DNA of 24,000 nucleotides, from NCBI GenBank assembly GCA_000743035.1, contig CP008936.1, forward strand, positions 828,022 to 852,021, given 5' to 3'. This stretch comes from Candidatus Paracaedimonas acanthamoebae. GTDB lineage: Bacteria > Pseudomonadota > Alphaproteobacteria > Caedimonadales > Caedimonadaceae. The notes under the pieces are model-generated. The model made no database searches. It was given only the letters and a program-made list of their open reading frames with translations, and had not been told where the DNA came from. Every line of letters begins with the position of its first letter. The stretch's first letter is position 1. The position numbers and the translations under genes are program-made. Positions 1-7,754 of this stretch are shown here, in pieces.

Positions 1-46
1 CAATTCAAATTAAGCGTAATAAACTTAGTTCAATAAAGGAAGACAA

Positions 47-463
47 ATGACATTTTCTATTATTATGGATCTTATTGCGGTTACTCTTTTGATAGCGACT
101 CTTATCTATGTATTTTTTTTGAATCAGCAATTAAAGAGAAATCGTCATCAGCTAGAAACCTTTATTGAAAATTTCTCATCTTCGTTAAACCGCGCAGAGC
201 TCACTATAAGGGAACTTAAAGAATTGAAAGATACAGTTTTAAAAACACTTATCGAGCAGCGCCATAAAGCATCCGTATTAAAGGATGAACTTGTATTTCT
301 TCTTGATCGAGGTGAAAGCATCTCGCAACAGCTTGAAAAAGAAATTAGAGAAGCTCGGAAAATTAAAAAACCCAGTGGTTTTTATGATTACCAATCAGCA
401 GCACCTACAGCAAAAACAGAAGAAGAACCTGCTCTGGTTCGTTCTTTAAAAAAAATACGATAA
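47..463 (+). CDS. Small single-pass membrane protein with a cytoplasmic coiled-coil (DUF6468-like architecture, family name recalled and not verified)
   Basis: An AAGGAAG Shine-Dalgarno sits just upstream of the ATG. The N-terminal hydrophobic helix (IIMDLIAVTLLIATLIYVFFL) is followed by a charged, heptad-rich segment (LNRAELTIRELKELKDTVLKTLIEQRHKASVLKDELVFLLDRGE). No competing ORF. Confidence 0.6.
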   Translation: MTFSIIMDLIAVTLLIATLIYVFFLNQQLKRNRHQLETFIENFSSSLNRAELTIRELKELKDTVLKTLIEQRHKASVLKDELVFLLDRGESISQQLEKEIREARKIKKPSGFYDYQSAAPTAKTEEEPALVRSLKKIR

Positions 464-478
464 ATGTTAGACTTTAAT

Positions 479-922
479 TTATAAAATTTCTACTTGCAAT
501 ATACTACCTTCGGCAGATACGATCTTAACTCTTGTCCCTTTGTTGCAGTTTGGTCCTTTAATGCTCCAAATTGTATCTCCCAATTGAATTTTTCCTTGTC
601 CATTTTCAAGGGCATTCTCTAACGTAAAGACATGTCCAATATACTGATCGGCGCGTCGATTTAATATCGGAGAGTCTGAAGAATTTTGAGTTCTAGATCT
701 GAAGCGCAAATAAAGCGTAACTGAAGCAACTGAAATGGTTGAAAATAATAACAATTGATAAATTAAACTCAAAGCCGGTAGGATCCAGATCAAAACTCCT
801 ATGATTCCTGCTGAGATTGCGAGCCATAAAAAGAAAGCACCAGGAACTGTTAGCTCAAGTATTAAAAATATAACCCCTAAGGTCCACCAATGCCATACTG
901 TGACTTTATAGAGAAAAGCCAC
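479..922 (-). CDS. NfeD-family membrane protein (short form: N-terminal TM helices plus C-terminal OB-fold-like domain)
   Basis: GTG start lies 2 nt after the stop of the upstream SPFH gene, indicating translational coupling. It has hydrophobic N-terminal helices and a soluble tail (GHVFTLENALENGQGKIQLGDTIWSIKG...VKIVSAEGSILQVE) typical of NfeD. SPFH-NfeD is a classical gene pair. Confidence 0.85.
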   Translation of the reverse strand: MAFLYKVTVWHWWTLGVIFLILELTVPGAFFLWLAISAGIIGVLIWILPALSLIYQLLLFSTISVASVTLYLRFRSRTQNSSDSPILNRRADQYIGHVFTLENALENGQGKIQLGDTIWSIKGPNCNKGTRVKIVSAEGSILQVEIL

Positions 923-924
923 TC

Positions 925-1863
925 TTAAATTTCCTTTTTCTTTGAAGTATTTGAACCAAAGGCTTCTTTTGCAATCTCGCTAATTCCCCCTATAGCCCCA
1001 ATAACACTTGTAGCCTCTAAGGGTAAGAATAATATTTTTTGATTCTCAGCAGCCCCAATTGTTTGTAAGGCGTCAATATATTTTTGAGCAACAAAATAGT
1101 TAACTGCCTGAGGATTTCCCTTGGCAATGGTGAGTGAAACAGATTCAATTGCTCTTGCTTCTGCTGTCGCAAGACGTTCACGAGCTTCTGCATCTCGATA
1201 AGCGGCTTCCTTGCGTCCTTCAGCCTCAAGAATAGCAGATTGTTTTGCTCCATCTGCAATCAAAATTGCAGATTGCTTTTCTCCTTCTGCTTCCAAAATT
1301 GTAGCTCGCTTTTCTCGTTCAGCTTTCATCTGGCGTGCCATTGCATCAACAAGATCTTTCGGTGGTGTAATATCTTTTATTTCGACACGCGTTACCTTAA
1401 CACCCCACGGCGTTGTTGCATCATCAATGACACGTAACAAAGAAGTATTAATTTTTTCACGGTTGGAAAGTAATTCATCCATATCCATCCCTCCCATAAC
1501 CGTTCTAATATTAGTCATAGCAAGGTTAATCATTGCACGATCAATGTTAGCAACTTCATATGCAGCTTTAGCCGCATCCAACACTTGATAAAAAACAACT
1601 CCATCTACTTTTATCATGGCATTGTCTTGTGTAATAATATCTTGAGAAGGAACATCGAAGACATTCTCTTGCATGCTAATTTTTGCCCCAATCCTGTCTA
1701 CAAAAGGAATAATGAAATTAAGTCCTGGCTCAAGAGTACGGATATAACGACCAAATCTTTCTACCGTCCACTCATAACCTTGTGGGACAGACTTCACAGC
1801 TAAAAGCACAAATAGAAATGTAAGTGCTAAAAACAAAACCCCAAAAATAAGAGAAAAATCCAT
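925..1863 (-). CDS. SPFH/band-7 (stomatin/QmcA-like) membrane scaffold protein
   Basis: Perfect AAGGAGG RBS upstream of the ATG and an N-terminal membrane anchor. The SPFH core is present ([15 protein letters not shown]...[15 protein letters not shown]...[17 protein letters not shown]). The C-terminus is an Ala/Glu-rich repeat coiled-coil ([32 protein letters not shown]). Confidence 0.9.
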   Translation of the reverse strand: MDFSLIFGVLFLALTFLFVLLAVKSVPQGYEWTVERFGRYIRTLEPGLNFIIPFVDRIGAKISMQENVFDVPSQDIITQDNAMIKVDGVVFYQVLDAAKAAYEVANIDRAMINLAMTNIRTVMGGMDMDELLSNREKINTSLLRVIDDATTPWGVKVTRVEIKDITPPKDLVDAMARQMKAEREKRATILEAEGEKQSAILIADGAKQSAILEAEGRKEAAYRDAEARERLATAEARAIESVSLTIAKGNPQAVNYFVAQKYIDALQTIGAAENQKILFLPLEATSVIGAIGGISEIAKEAFGSNTSKKKEI

Positions 1864-1976
1864 TTAAGCCTCCTTTTTCATTATAATATAAAGATTTTTT
1901 CACATTTTTGAAAGGATCTTGTGTTTAGATAAAAGTACTCTGTAACAGATGGTAATGCTAAAATAAGAGAATTTAA

Positions 1977-3593
1977 ATGATAAGAATTATAGTTTTCATG
2001 ATTTCTTTATTTTCAATGCATGGCGTAGCACTTGCAAATGCAGCATCGTTATTAGCGCAAATTCATAATAATTTACTAAATAAGTTTCAGAATGATGTTT
2101 TAACACATGATTTAAATGAAAAAGATCGACAACTTTCTAAATTTTACAAAAGAAATAATTTTAAACCACAATGGATTACAGGAGATGGTCCAACTTCTGC
2201 TGTATTTATACTTTTAGAAACGATAAAACAAGCAGATACGGAGGGATTGGAACCAAAAGATTACCTGAAGAAAATTCTTATGATTGAAAGGTTAATGCAA
2301 TCTCCTTATACTTTGCAATCTTTAAGTTCTCTTGAAATTCTAGTTTCAGAACTTGCTATGGACTACATTGATGATCTATTTGGAGAAAGATTAAATCCTA
2401 AAAAAGTAAGCCCTCTACTTTATATTAATCCCTCTTCTATTGATGCCTCTGAGGTTCTTTATAAAGAAGTTGAAAACGATCCTTCAGGACAGTGGCTAAA
2501 AAATTTCACAATTAATCGCCCTGCCTATCAAGCTCTGAAAAAGATGCTAGCTTCTTATCGTTCTCTTCTCAAACAAGGGAACTGGTTTACAATTAAATCA
2601 CCCAAAACTTTTAAAAATTTCCAAAATAACTCTTTACTTGTTTCTCAACTTCAATCAGTACTTAAGCAGTACAATATTTATCAAGCAGAAATTAATGGCG
2701 TTTTTGATGTAAATACTGAACAATCCCTTGTAAAGTTTCAAAAACTTTTTGGCCAAGAACCAGATGGGTTTTTGGGGCCAGAAACTTTAAAAACTCTCAA
2801 TGTATCTCTTGAAGAACGTATAAAGCAAATCATCGTGACGATGGAGAGATGGCGTTGGTTTCCTTATGATATTAAAGAGAAATATATAATTGTTAATATT
2901 GCTGGATTTACTTTAATCGGTTATAAAAACCAGCAAGAAATCTTACAAATGCCTATTGTTATAGGCCAAAAACTTCGAAAAACTCCTGTTTTTTCGTCTT
3001 CAATATTTGAAATTCGCTTTAATCCTACATGGTATGTACCTAGAAGTATTGCGATTAAAGATAAGTTACCTCTTTTAAAAGAAAATCCACATTCATTAGC
3101 GACAAAGGGTTATACTGTACATGATCAAGATGGCAACACTGTAGATCCAATAAAGGTCAACTGGTCAGAAATATCAGCATCCAATTTCCCTTTCTCATTA
3201 AAGCAAGAGCCTGGAGCTATAAACGCCTTAGGTAGAGTGTTTTTTAATATTCAAAACCCCTTTGGTATCTTCTTACATGATACGCCTGATACTCATTTAT
3301 TCAAAAAGGCTAAAAGGAATTTTAGTTCTGGCTGTATTAGGGTTGCAAAACCTATTGATCTTGCCTTATTTATCTTAAAAGATTATCAGGATATTAATTT
3401 TGAATCTATTCAGGTCAAGATTGATAGCAAACAAACTTCAAACATTCACTTATCAAACCCGATCCCTGTTCATATTACCTATCTAACAGTTTGGATTGAT
3501 AAGGAAGGACAATATCATTTTGCAGATGATATATATGGCTTAGATCAAGAAATTTGGAATGCTCTACAGAGACGTACTCAACTGCTGCAATAA
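1977..3593 (+). CDS. Periplasmic murein L,D-transpeptidase (YcbB/LdtD-like: peptidoglycan-binding domain plus YkuD catalytic domain)
   Basis: Signal peptide (MIRIIVFMISLFSMHGVALANA). PG_binding_1-like segment (LQSVLKQYNIYQAEINGVFDVNTEQSLVKFQKLFGQEPDGFLGPETLKTLN). YkuD catalytic motif H-x(n)-S-x-G-C-I-R (FLHDTPDTHLFKKAKRNFSSGCIRV). Confidence 0.85.
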   Translation: MIRIIVFMISLFSMHGVALANAASLLAQIHNNLLNKFQNDVLTHDLNEKDRQLSKFYKRNNFKPQWITGDGPTSAVFILLETIKQADTEGLEPKDYLKKILMIERLMQSPYTLQSLSSLEILVSELAMDYIDDLFGERLNPKKVSPLLYINPSSIDASEVLYKEVENDPSGQWLKNFTINRPAYQALKKMLASYRSLLKQGNWFTIKSPKTFKNFQNNSLLVSQLQSVLKQYNIYQAEINGVFDVNTEQSLVKFQKLFGQEPDGFLGPETLKTLNVSLEERIKQIIVTMERWRWFPYDIKEKYIIVNIAGFTLIGYKNQQEILQMPIVIGQKLRKTPVFSSSIFEIRFNPTWYVPRSIAIKDKLPLLKENPHSLATKGYTVHDQDGNTVDPIKVNWSEISASNFPFSLKQEPGAINALGRVFFNIQNPFGIFLHDTPDTHLFKKAKRNFSSGCIRVAKPIDLALFILKDYQDINFESIQVKIDSKQTSNIHLSNPIPVHITYLTVWIDKEGQYHFADDIYGLDQEIWNALQRRTQLLQ

Positions 3594-3608
3594 TTTAATT
3601 ATTCTACG

Positions 3609-3626
3609 TTCTATTTCAAAATAGAA
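3609..3626. terminator. Weak AT-rich hairpin between the L,D-transpeptidase gene and the convergent tRNA (possible bidirectional terminator)
   Basis: Inverted repeat TTCTATT / AATAGAA (7 bp, one G:C pair) with the 4-nt loop TCAA. There is no clean U-tract on either strand. Confidence 0.25.
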
Positions 3627-3653
3627 TCTTAAATTCCCACATATTTATAATAA

Positions 3654-3730
3654 TGGTAGCGGAGGAGGGATTTGAACCCCCGACACACGGATTATGATTC
3701 CGCCGCTCTAACCAACTGAGCTACTCCGCC
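3654..3730 (-). tRNA. tRNA with CAU anticodon (elongator Met or lysidine-modified Ile2; not initiator-like), CCA encoded
   Basis: The reverse complement folds by hand into a cloverleaf: acceptor GGCGGAG/CTCCGCT, U8 A9, D arm GCTC-AGTTGGTTA-GAGC, anticodon arm GCGGA-ATCATAA-TCCGT (anticodon CAT), variable loop GTGTC, T arm GGGGG-TTCAAAT-CCCTC, then discriminator A and CCA. Confidence 0.9.
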
Positions 3731-3750
3731 TCAAGACTTTAGGTTACAAA

Positions 3751-3779
3751 CCTATACCTCTCTCTTGAACCTCTGTCAA
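3751..3779 (-). promoter_or_regulatory. Sigma70-like promoter for the tRNA gene
   Basis: The minus strand reads TTGACA (3779-3774), a 17-nt spacer, then TATAGG (3756-3751). That puts the -10 element about 20 nt upstream of the mature tRNA 5' end at 3730. Confidence 0.45.
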
Positions 3780-3861
3780 GGTTTTCAAAGCATTATCTTA
3801 GGAAACGATTTATTAATTTCTTTCAGATTATACTCACTATATTAAATTAAAGTGAGAATCT

Positions 3862-4656
3862 ATGGCATCAAAAAATAAAATAATTGCTATCATAGGCGGC
3901 ATGGGGCCAGCAAGTGGAGAATTTTTTCAAGCACTTCTCTTTAATGAAATGCGCACCAATCTTTGCATTCAAAATGACCAAGAATATATTGATATTATTC
4001 ATTGTTCTTTTGGAAGTGAAATTCCAGATAGAACTTCTTTCCTAGAAGGAAAGATCAATCTCAACCCAGCAGTTCCTGTTTTTAAAGTTTTTCAGCAACT
4101 TGAAATTATATCGCGTGCCTATAAACGCCCCATTGTTAGCTGTATTTCTTGTAATACATTTTTTGCTCCCCCAATATTCAATCACTTTAAAGAGTTATGG
4201 AATCAAACTCCCTTGCATCACATAAAATATTTAAATTTAATCGAACATACAGTGAGCTTTATTCTAGCTCAATCTCAACCTACAGACAAGATCGGCCTTA
4301 TATCAACCATAGGTGAGAGAAAACTTAAAGTGTATCAAAATGTATTAGAAGAAAGAGGATTGAGAATTTTACACCTTAATTTAGAGAATCAGAAAAAGCT
4401 TCATCAAGCCATTTATAAGGTCAAAAGTGATCCCTTTCATTCATATGAAGCTCATAAAACAATTTTAGATGCTATCTCTCTCCTATTATTACAAGGAGCT
4501 CAAAAAGTTTTATTGGGATGTACAGAACTTTCCTTAGTCGTAAATCAACATGGATTTAATCCTTCACAACATATTGATCCATTAAGAATTATTGCACAGG
4601 AAATCCTCAAAGAAGCTTTACTTCCAGCCTTTATACCTGACTCTTTAGAATGTTAG
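3862..4656 (+). CDS. Aspartate/glutamate racemase-family protein (aspartate-racemase-like)
   Basis: N-terminal IIGGMGPASG motif plus two catalytic-Cys motifs typical of PLP-independent Asp/Glu racemases (SCISCNTFF and LLGCTELSL). It is the first gene of a same-strand cluster with gaps of 31, 22 and 3 nt. Confidence 0.8.
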   Translation: MASKNKIIAIIGGMGPASGEFFQALLFNEMRTNLCIQNDQEYIDIIHCSFGSEIPDRTSFLEGKINLNPAVPVFKVFQQLEIISRAYKRPIVSCISCNTFFAPPIFNHFKELWNQTPLHHIKYLNLIEHTVSFILAQSQPTDKIGLISTIGERKLKVYQNVLEERGLRILHLNLENQKKLHQAIYKVKSDPFHSYEAHKTILDAISLLLLQGAQKVLLGCTELSLVVNQHGFNPSQHIDPLRIIAQEILKEALLPAFIPDSLEC

Positions 4657-4687
4657 CGATTTTTCTTAAAAACAGGGGATTATATTA

Positions 4688-5575
4688 ATGCAGGGACTCT
4701 TATCTAACAAAAAAATGATACTTTTCCAGTTCTTGTACACTTGGGTTGCTTTAGCAAACTCAAATCCTTCCATTTCAGAAAAGAATTATTCTCAGGATAT
4801 ACAAGATATCGTTATAAGGGGGAAACTTGTTGTTGCGATCTTAAAAACTGATAATCCCCCATTTTTTATGACAAATCCAGAAGGTAAATTAGAAGGAATA
4901 GATATTGAGTTGAGTAATAAAATAGCAAAAGAATTAGGTGTAAGTCTTGAAATAAATCGGACAGCACATACCTATGATGAAGTTGTGAACCTTGTTGCTT
5001 CTGGCGAGGTAGATCTTGGGGTTTCGAAACTCAGTTATACAGATGAGAGAGCTAAAAAAGTTCTTTATACTAAGCCCTATGCTATTTTCCGTAAGGCTAT
5101 GCTTGTTAATCGATTAATATACGCAGGCATTAAACGACACCGTAATGTGGAAACTTTAATAGACCTTTTTTCAAAGTTTGATTCAAAGATAGGAGTCGTA
5201 AAAAGAAGTTCTTATGTGGATTTTGCAAGAAATTTATTTCCTAATGCGTCAATTAATGAAATTGAAACATGGGATCAAGGCCTTAAATTGCTGCAAGAAG
5301 GAAAGCTTCTTGCATTATTTCGTGATGAAATTGAAACACGTAAATTCTTATTATCTCGTCCGGATGCAAATTTAAAATTGTTATCACTTATTATTAAGTC
5401 TCAAGAGGATTCTATTCGTATGGTCGTTCCTCGTAATCGGTTACATTTTCTTTTGTGGATCAATGGGTTCTTAGAAACAAATCAGATCAAATATGATGCT
5501 AATCTGATACTTGAAAAAAATGAAAAATATTTACAAAAATTAAAGGATTTAAAGAGCACAATTGACTATAGATAA
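4688..5575 (+). CDS. Periplasmic solute-binding protein, family 3 (polar-amino-acid-binding type), with no adjacent ABC permease or ATPase
   Basis: Signal peptide (MILFQFLYTWVALANS). Family-3 SBP hallmarks are present (RGKLVVAILKTDNPPFFMTNPEGKLEGIDIELSNKIAKELGV; LSYTDERAKKVLYTKPY, containing the conserved T-x-E-R carboxylate-binding Arg). Confidence 0.75.
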   Translation: MQGLLSNKKMILFQFLYTWVALANSNPSISEKNYSQDIQDIVIRGKLVVAILKTDNPPFFMTNPEGKLEGIDIELSNKIAKELGVSLEINRTAHTYDEVVNLVASGEVDLGVSKLSYTDERAKKVLYTKPYAIFRKAMLVNRLIYAGIKRHRNVETLIDLFSKFDSKIGVVKRSSYVDFARNLFPNASINEIETWDQGLKLLQEGKLLALFRDEIETRKFLLSRPDANLKLLSLIIKSQEDSIRMVVPRNRLHFLLWINGFLETNQIKYDANLILEKNEKYLQKLKDLKSTIDYR

Positions 5576-5597
5576 GTAATTGTGAGGAATAAATTCT

Positions 5598-7751
5598 ATG
5601 CTGAAAATTAACTTCAGCTTTAAAAGTCGAAAATTAGAAATAGATATTATTTCTAGTTTTTTTGCTCTTATTCTTATCGCCTCTTTATCTATTATTTGGT
5701 ATACTTACCGCAATAGTACACAAGCACTCTTAGACCTTTCTCAGGATCTAATTTCTGAAGTAAGTGAATCTGTAATCGAAAAGACAATCTCTCCTCTCAC
5801 GATCGCAAAATCATTATCTGAATTAGGATCAACACTCATTAGAACTGAAGAAGATATCAGTATCAATAATCAATCTCTATTAAATTATATTGAGCATACT
5901 TTAAGAATCTACCCAACCATTTCAAACTATTATATTGGTAGTAATAAAGGGCGTTTCCTACAAATTAGAAGATTATCTAATAAACCAACTTATCGAGCTG
6001 ATCCCTCTCGCCTACTTCCTGCTCCAGCTAGATTTGCTATACGTGTAATTGATCATTCGCTTACACAGCCAATTGAAAGTTGGTATTATTTAGATAATGT
6101 AGGAAAAATTATTGAGTCAGAAAATATTAGTAAAGTGCTATATGATCACCGTCAGCGTAGCTGGTACTCAGATGTTGCGCAAGATCGAGAATTTAGATGG
6201 AGCTCAATTTACGTTTTTAATACTAATAAGAAGCCAGGCATTACAGCTGCCATGCCTATTCTTGATGAGAATGGTAGGCTATTCTCAGTAACAGCCGTTG
6301 ACATTAATATTGATACTTTCTCTAAGTTTTTACAAGAACTGCGTATTGGGAAGCAAGGAGTTACATTTATTATTAATACTGATGGACAAATTATTGCACA
6401 CCCTGATCCATTTCAAACGGTTGAGGCAGACGGAGATGAAATTTCAATGATGTCAATCCAAGATATCAAGGATAAGCATTTAAATGCTGCTTTCCAAGAA
6501 TACCAACAAAGTAAAAATAGTAAATTTATTTTTACTTATAATGGCATCGAATACATTGCTTATTTTAAAGCTTTTCCAAAATCATTTGAACATAAATGGC
6601 TAATTGGAATTGTTGTTCCTACCAACGATATTATTGGCCCTGCAGTGCAAATGCAAAAGCATATTCTTATCATTTCATTTATTATTCTTATGTTATCCGT
6701 TTTTTTTATAGCTTTTCTAGCAAGACGAATTTCTCAACCTATCATGCAACTTTCTGAACAAGCCAGCCAGATCAAAAATTTTGAAATTTTTGAATCCGAA
6801 CCCCTTTCTTCTTATATTTACGAAATCCAAGTTCTTGAAAATTCAATGGCTGCAATGAGACAAAGTCTTAAAACCTTTGCCAAGTTTGTACCTAAAGCAT
6901 TAGTAAAAAAATTAGTCCAACGTTCTCAAGAAGTCCGTATAAGTGGAAATATAAAAAGGATTACTCTATTTTTTACTGATATTCAGGGATTTACAACAGT
7001 CAGTGAATCATACCCTCCTGAAAAACTAATGTCCCATATCTCGGAATATTTTGCTGCCTTATCAGAGATTATCATTCATCAAAATGGAACCATAGACAAA
7101 TATATAGGGGATGCAATTATGGCTTTTTGGGGAGCTCCTTTAAGCGATAAACATCATGCTTTAAATGCTTGCACAGCAGCTCTATACTGTCAAAAACGTT
7201 TAGATGAGCTTAATCGAAAGTGGGAATCTGAAAAAAAACCAATTCTTATAACCAGGATAGGTATTGAGACTGGTGAAGCTCTTGTAGGGACAATAGGATC
7301 TTTCGATCGATTAAATTATACAGCCTTAGGAGACACTGTAAATTTAGCGTCCAGATTAGAGGGCACGAATAAATATTATAATACCCGAATTATTATTGGT
7401 GAACAAACTCAACGAGAAATTAGAGATGAAGGTGTTATTCGACCTTTAGATAAAGTTTCCGTTAAGGGAAAAGAATCAAGCGTTACAATCTATGAGCTTA
7501 TCGCTCTTAAAAATGGAGACCCTAGCCTTTTACCAACAAAAGAGCAAATTGATTTATGTTCACAATTTACGGTCGGATATCGTCTCTATCTTGAAAGGCG
7601 CTGGGAAGAAGCTTTAAAGCACTTTGAGGAAATGCTTAAAATTTTTGGTAACGATTATCCAACCCGACTCTATATAGACAGATGTCAACAATATTTAAAA
7701 GAACCACCTCCTGAAAATTGGGATGGTATTTATCATCTAAAGGATAAATAA
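5598..7751 (+). CDS. Membrane-bound class III adenylate cyclase with a periplasmic dCache_1-like sensor and HAMP linker
   Basis: GAGGAA RBS. TM1 (IISSFFALILIASLSIIWYTY) and TM2 (ILIISFIILMLSVFFIAFLA) bracket about 320 aa carrying dCache-like motifs (RSWY...PGITAAMPILDENGRLFSVTAVDINID...GVTFIINTDGQIIAHPD). A HAMP-like segment follows. The cyclase core has FFTDIQGFT, KYIGDAIMAFWGAP and YTALGDTVNLASRLEG, with a helical tail ending PPENWDGIYHLK. Confidence 0.9.
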   Translation: MLKINFSFKSRKLEIDIISSFFALILIASLSIIWYTYRNSTQALLDLSQDLISEVSESVIEKTISPLTIAKSLSELGSTLIRTEEDISINNQSLLNYIEHTLRIYPTISNYYIGSNKGRFLQIRRLSNKPTYRADPSRLLPAPARFAIRVIDHSLTQPIESWYYLDNVGKIIESENISKVLYDHRQRSWYSDVAQDREFRWSSIYVFNTNKKPGITAAMPILDENGRLFSVTAVDINIDTFSKFLQELRIGKQGVTFIINTDGQIIAHPDPFQTVEADGDEISMMSIQDIKDKHLNAAFQEYQQSKNSKFIFTYNGIEYIAYFKAFPKSFEHKWLIGIVVPTNDIIGPAVQMQKHILIISFIILMLSVFFIAFLARRISQPIMQLSEQASQIKNFEIFESEPLSSYIYEIQVLENSMAAMRQSLKTFAKFVPKALVKKLVQRSQEVRISGNIKRITLFFTDIQGFTTVSESYPPEKLMSHISEYFAALSEIIIHQNGTIDKYIGDAIMAFWGAPLSDKHHALNACTAALYCQKRLDELNRKWESEKKPILITRIGIETGEALVGTIGSFDRLNYTALGDTVNLASRLEGTNKYYNTRIIIGEQTQREIRDEGVIRPLDKVSVKGKESSVTIYELIALKNGDPSLLPTKEQIDLCSQFTVGYRLYLERRWEEALKHFEEMLKIFGNDYPTRLYIDRCQQYLKEPPPENWDGIYHLKDK

Positions 7752-7754
7752 TTT

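Noticed and set aside
1229-1327. About 33-bp periodic DNA repeat (GCAGATTG.TTT.CTCC.TCTGC...CAAAATTG, roughly three copies)
   Set aside because: It is explained by the 11-residue repeats of the SPFH C-terminal coiled-coil ([11 protein letters not shown] / [11 protein letters not shown] / [11 protein letters not shown]). It is not an independent repeat element.
1017-1803. ORF-track entries 1017-1259(-), 1211-1588(+), 1240-1437(+) and 1585-1803(+)
   Set aside because: All lie inside the well-supported SPFH gene (925-1863, minus). Their translations are low-complexity or Cys/Ser-rich antisense or off-frame reads, typical shadow ORFs.
3594-3861. Possibility that the tRNA marks a genomic-island integration site for the neighbouring operon
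   Set aside because: There is no integrase or recombinase gene. I could not spot a direct repeat of the tRNA 3' end, and there is no visible compositional shift. The flanking genes look native.
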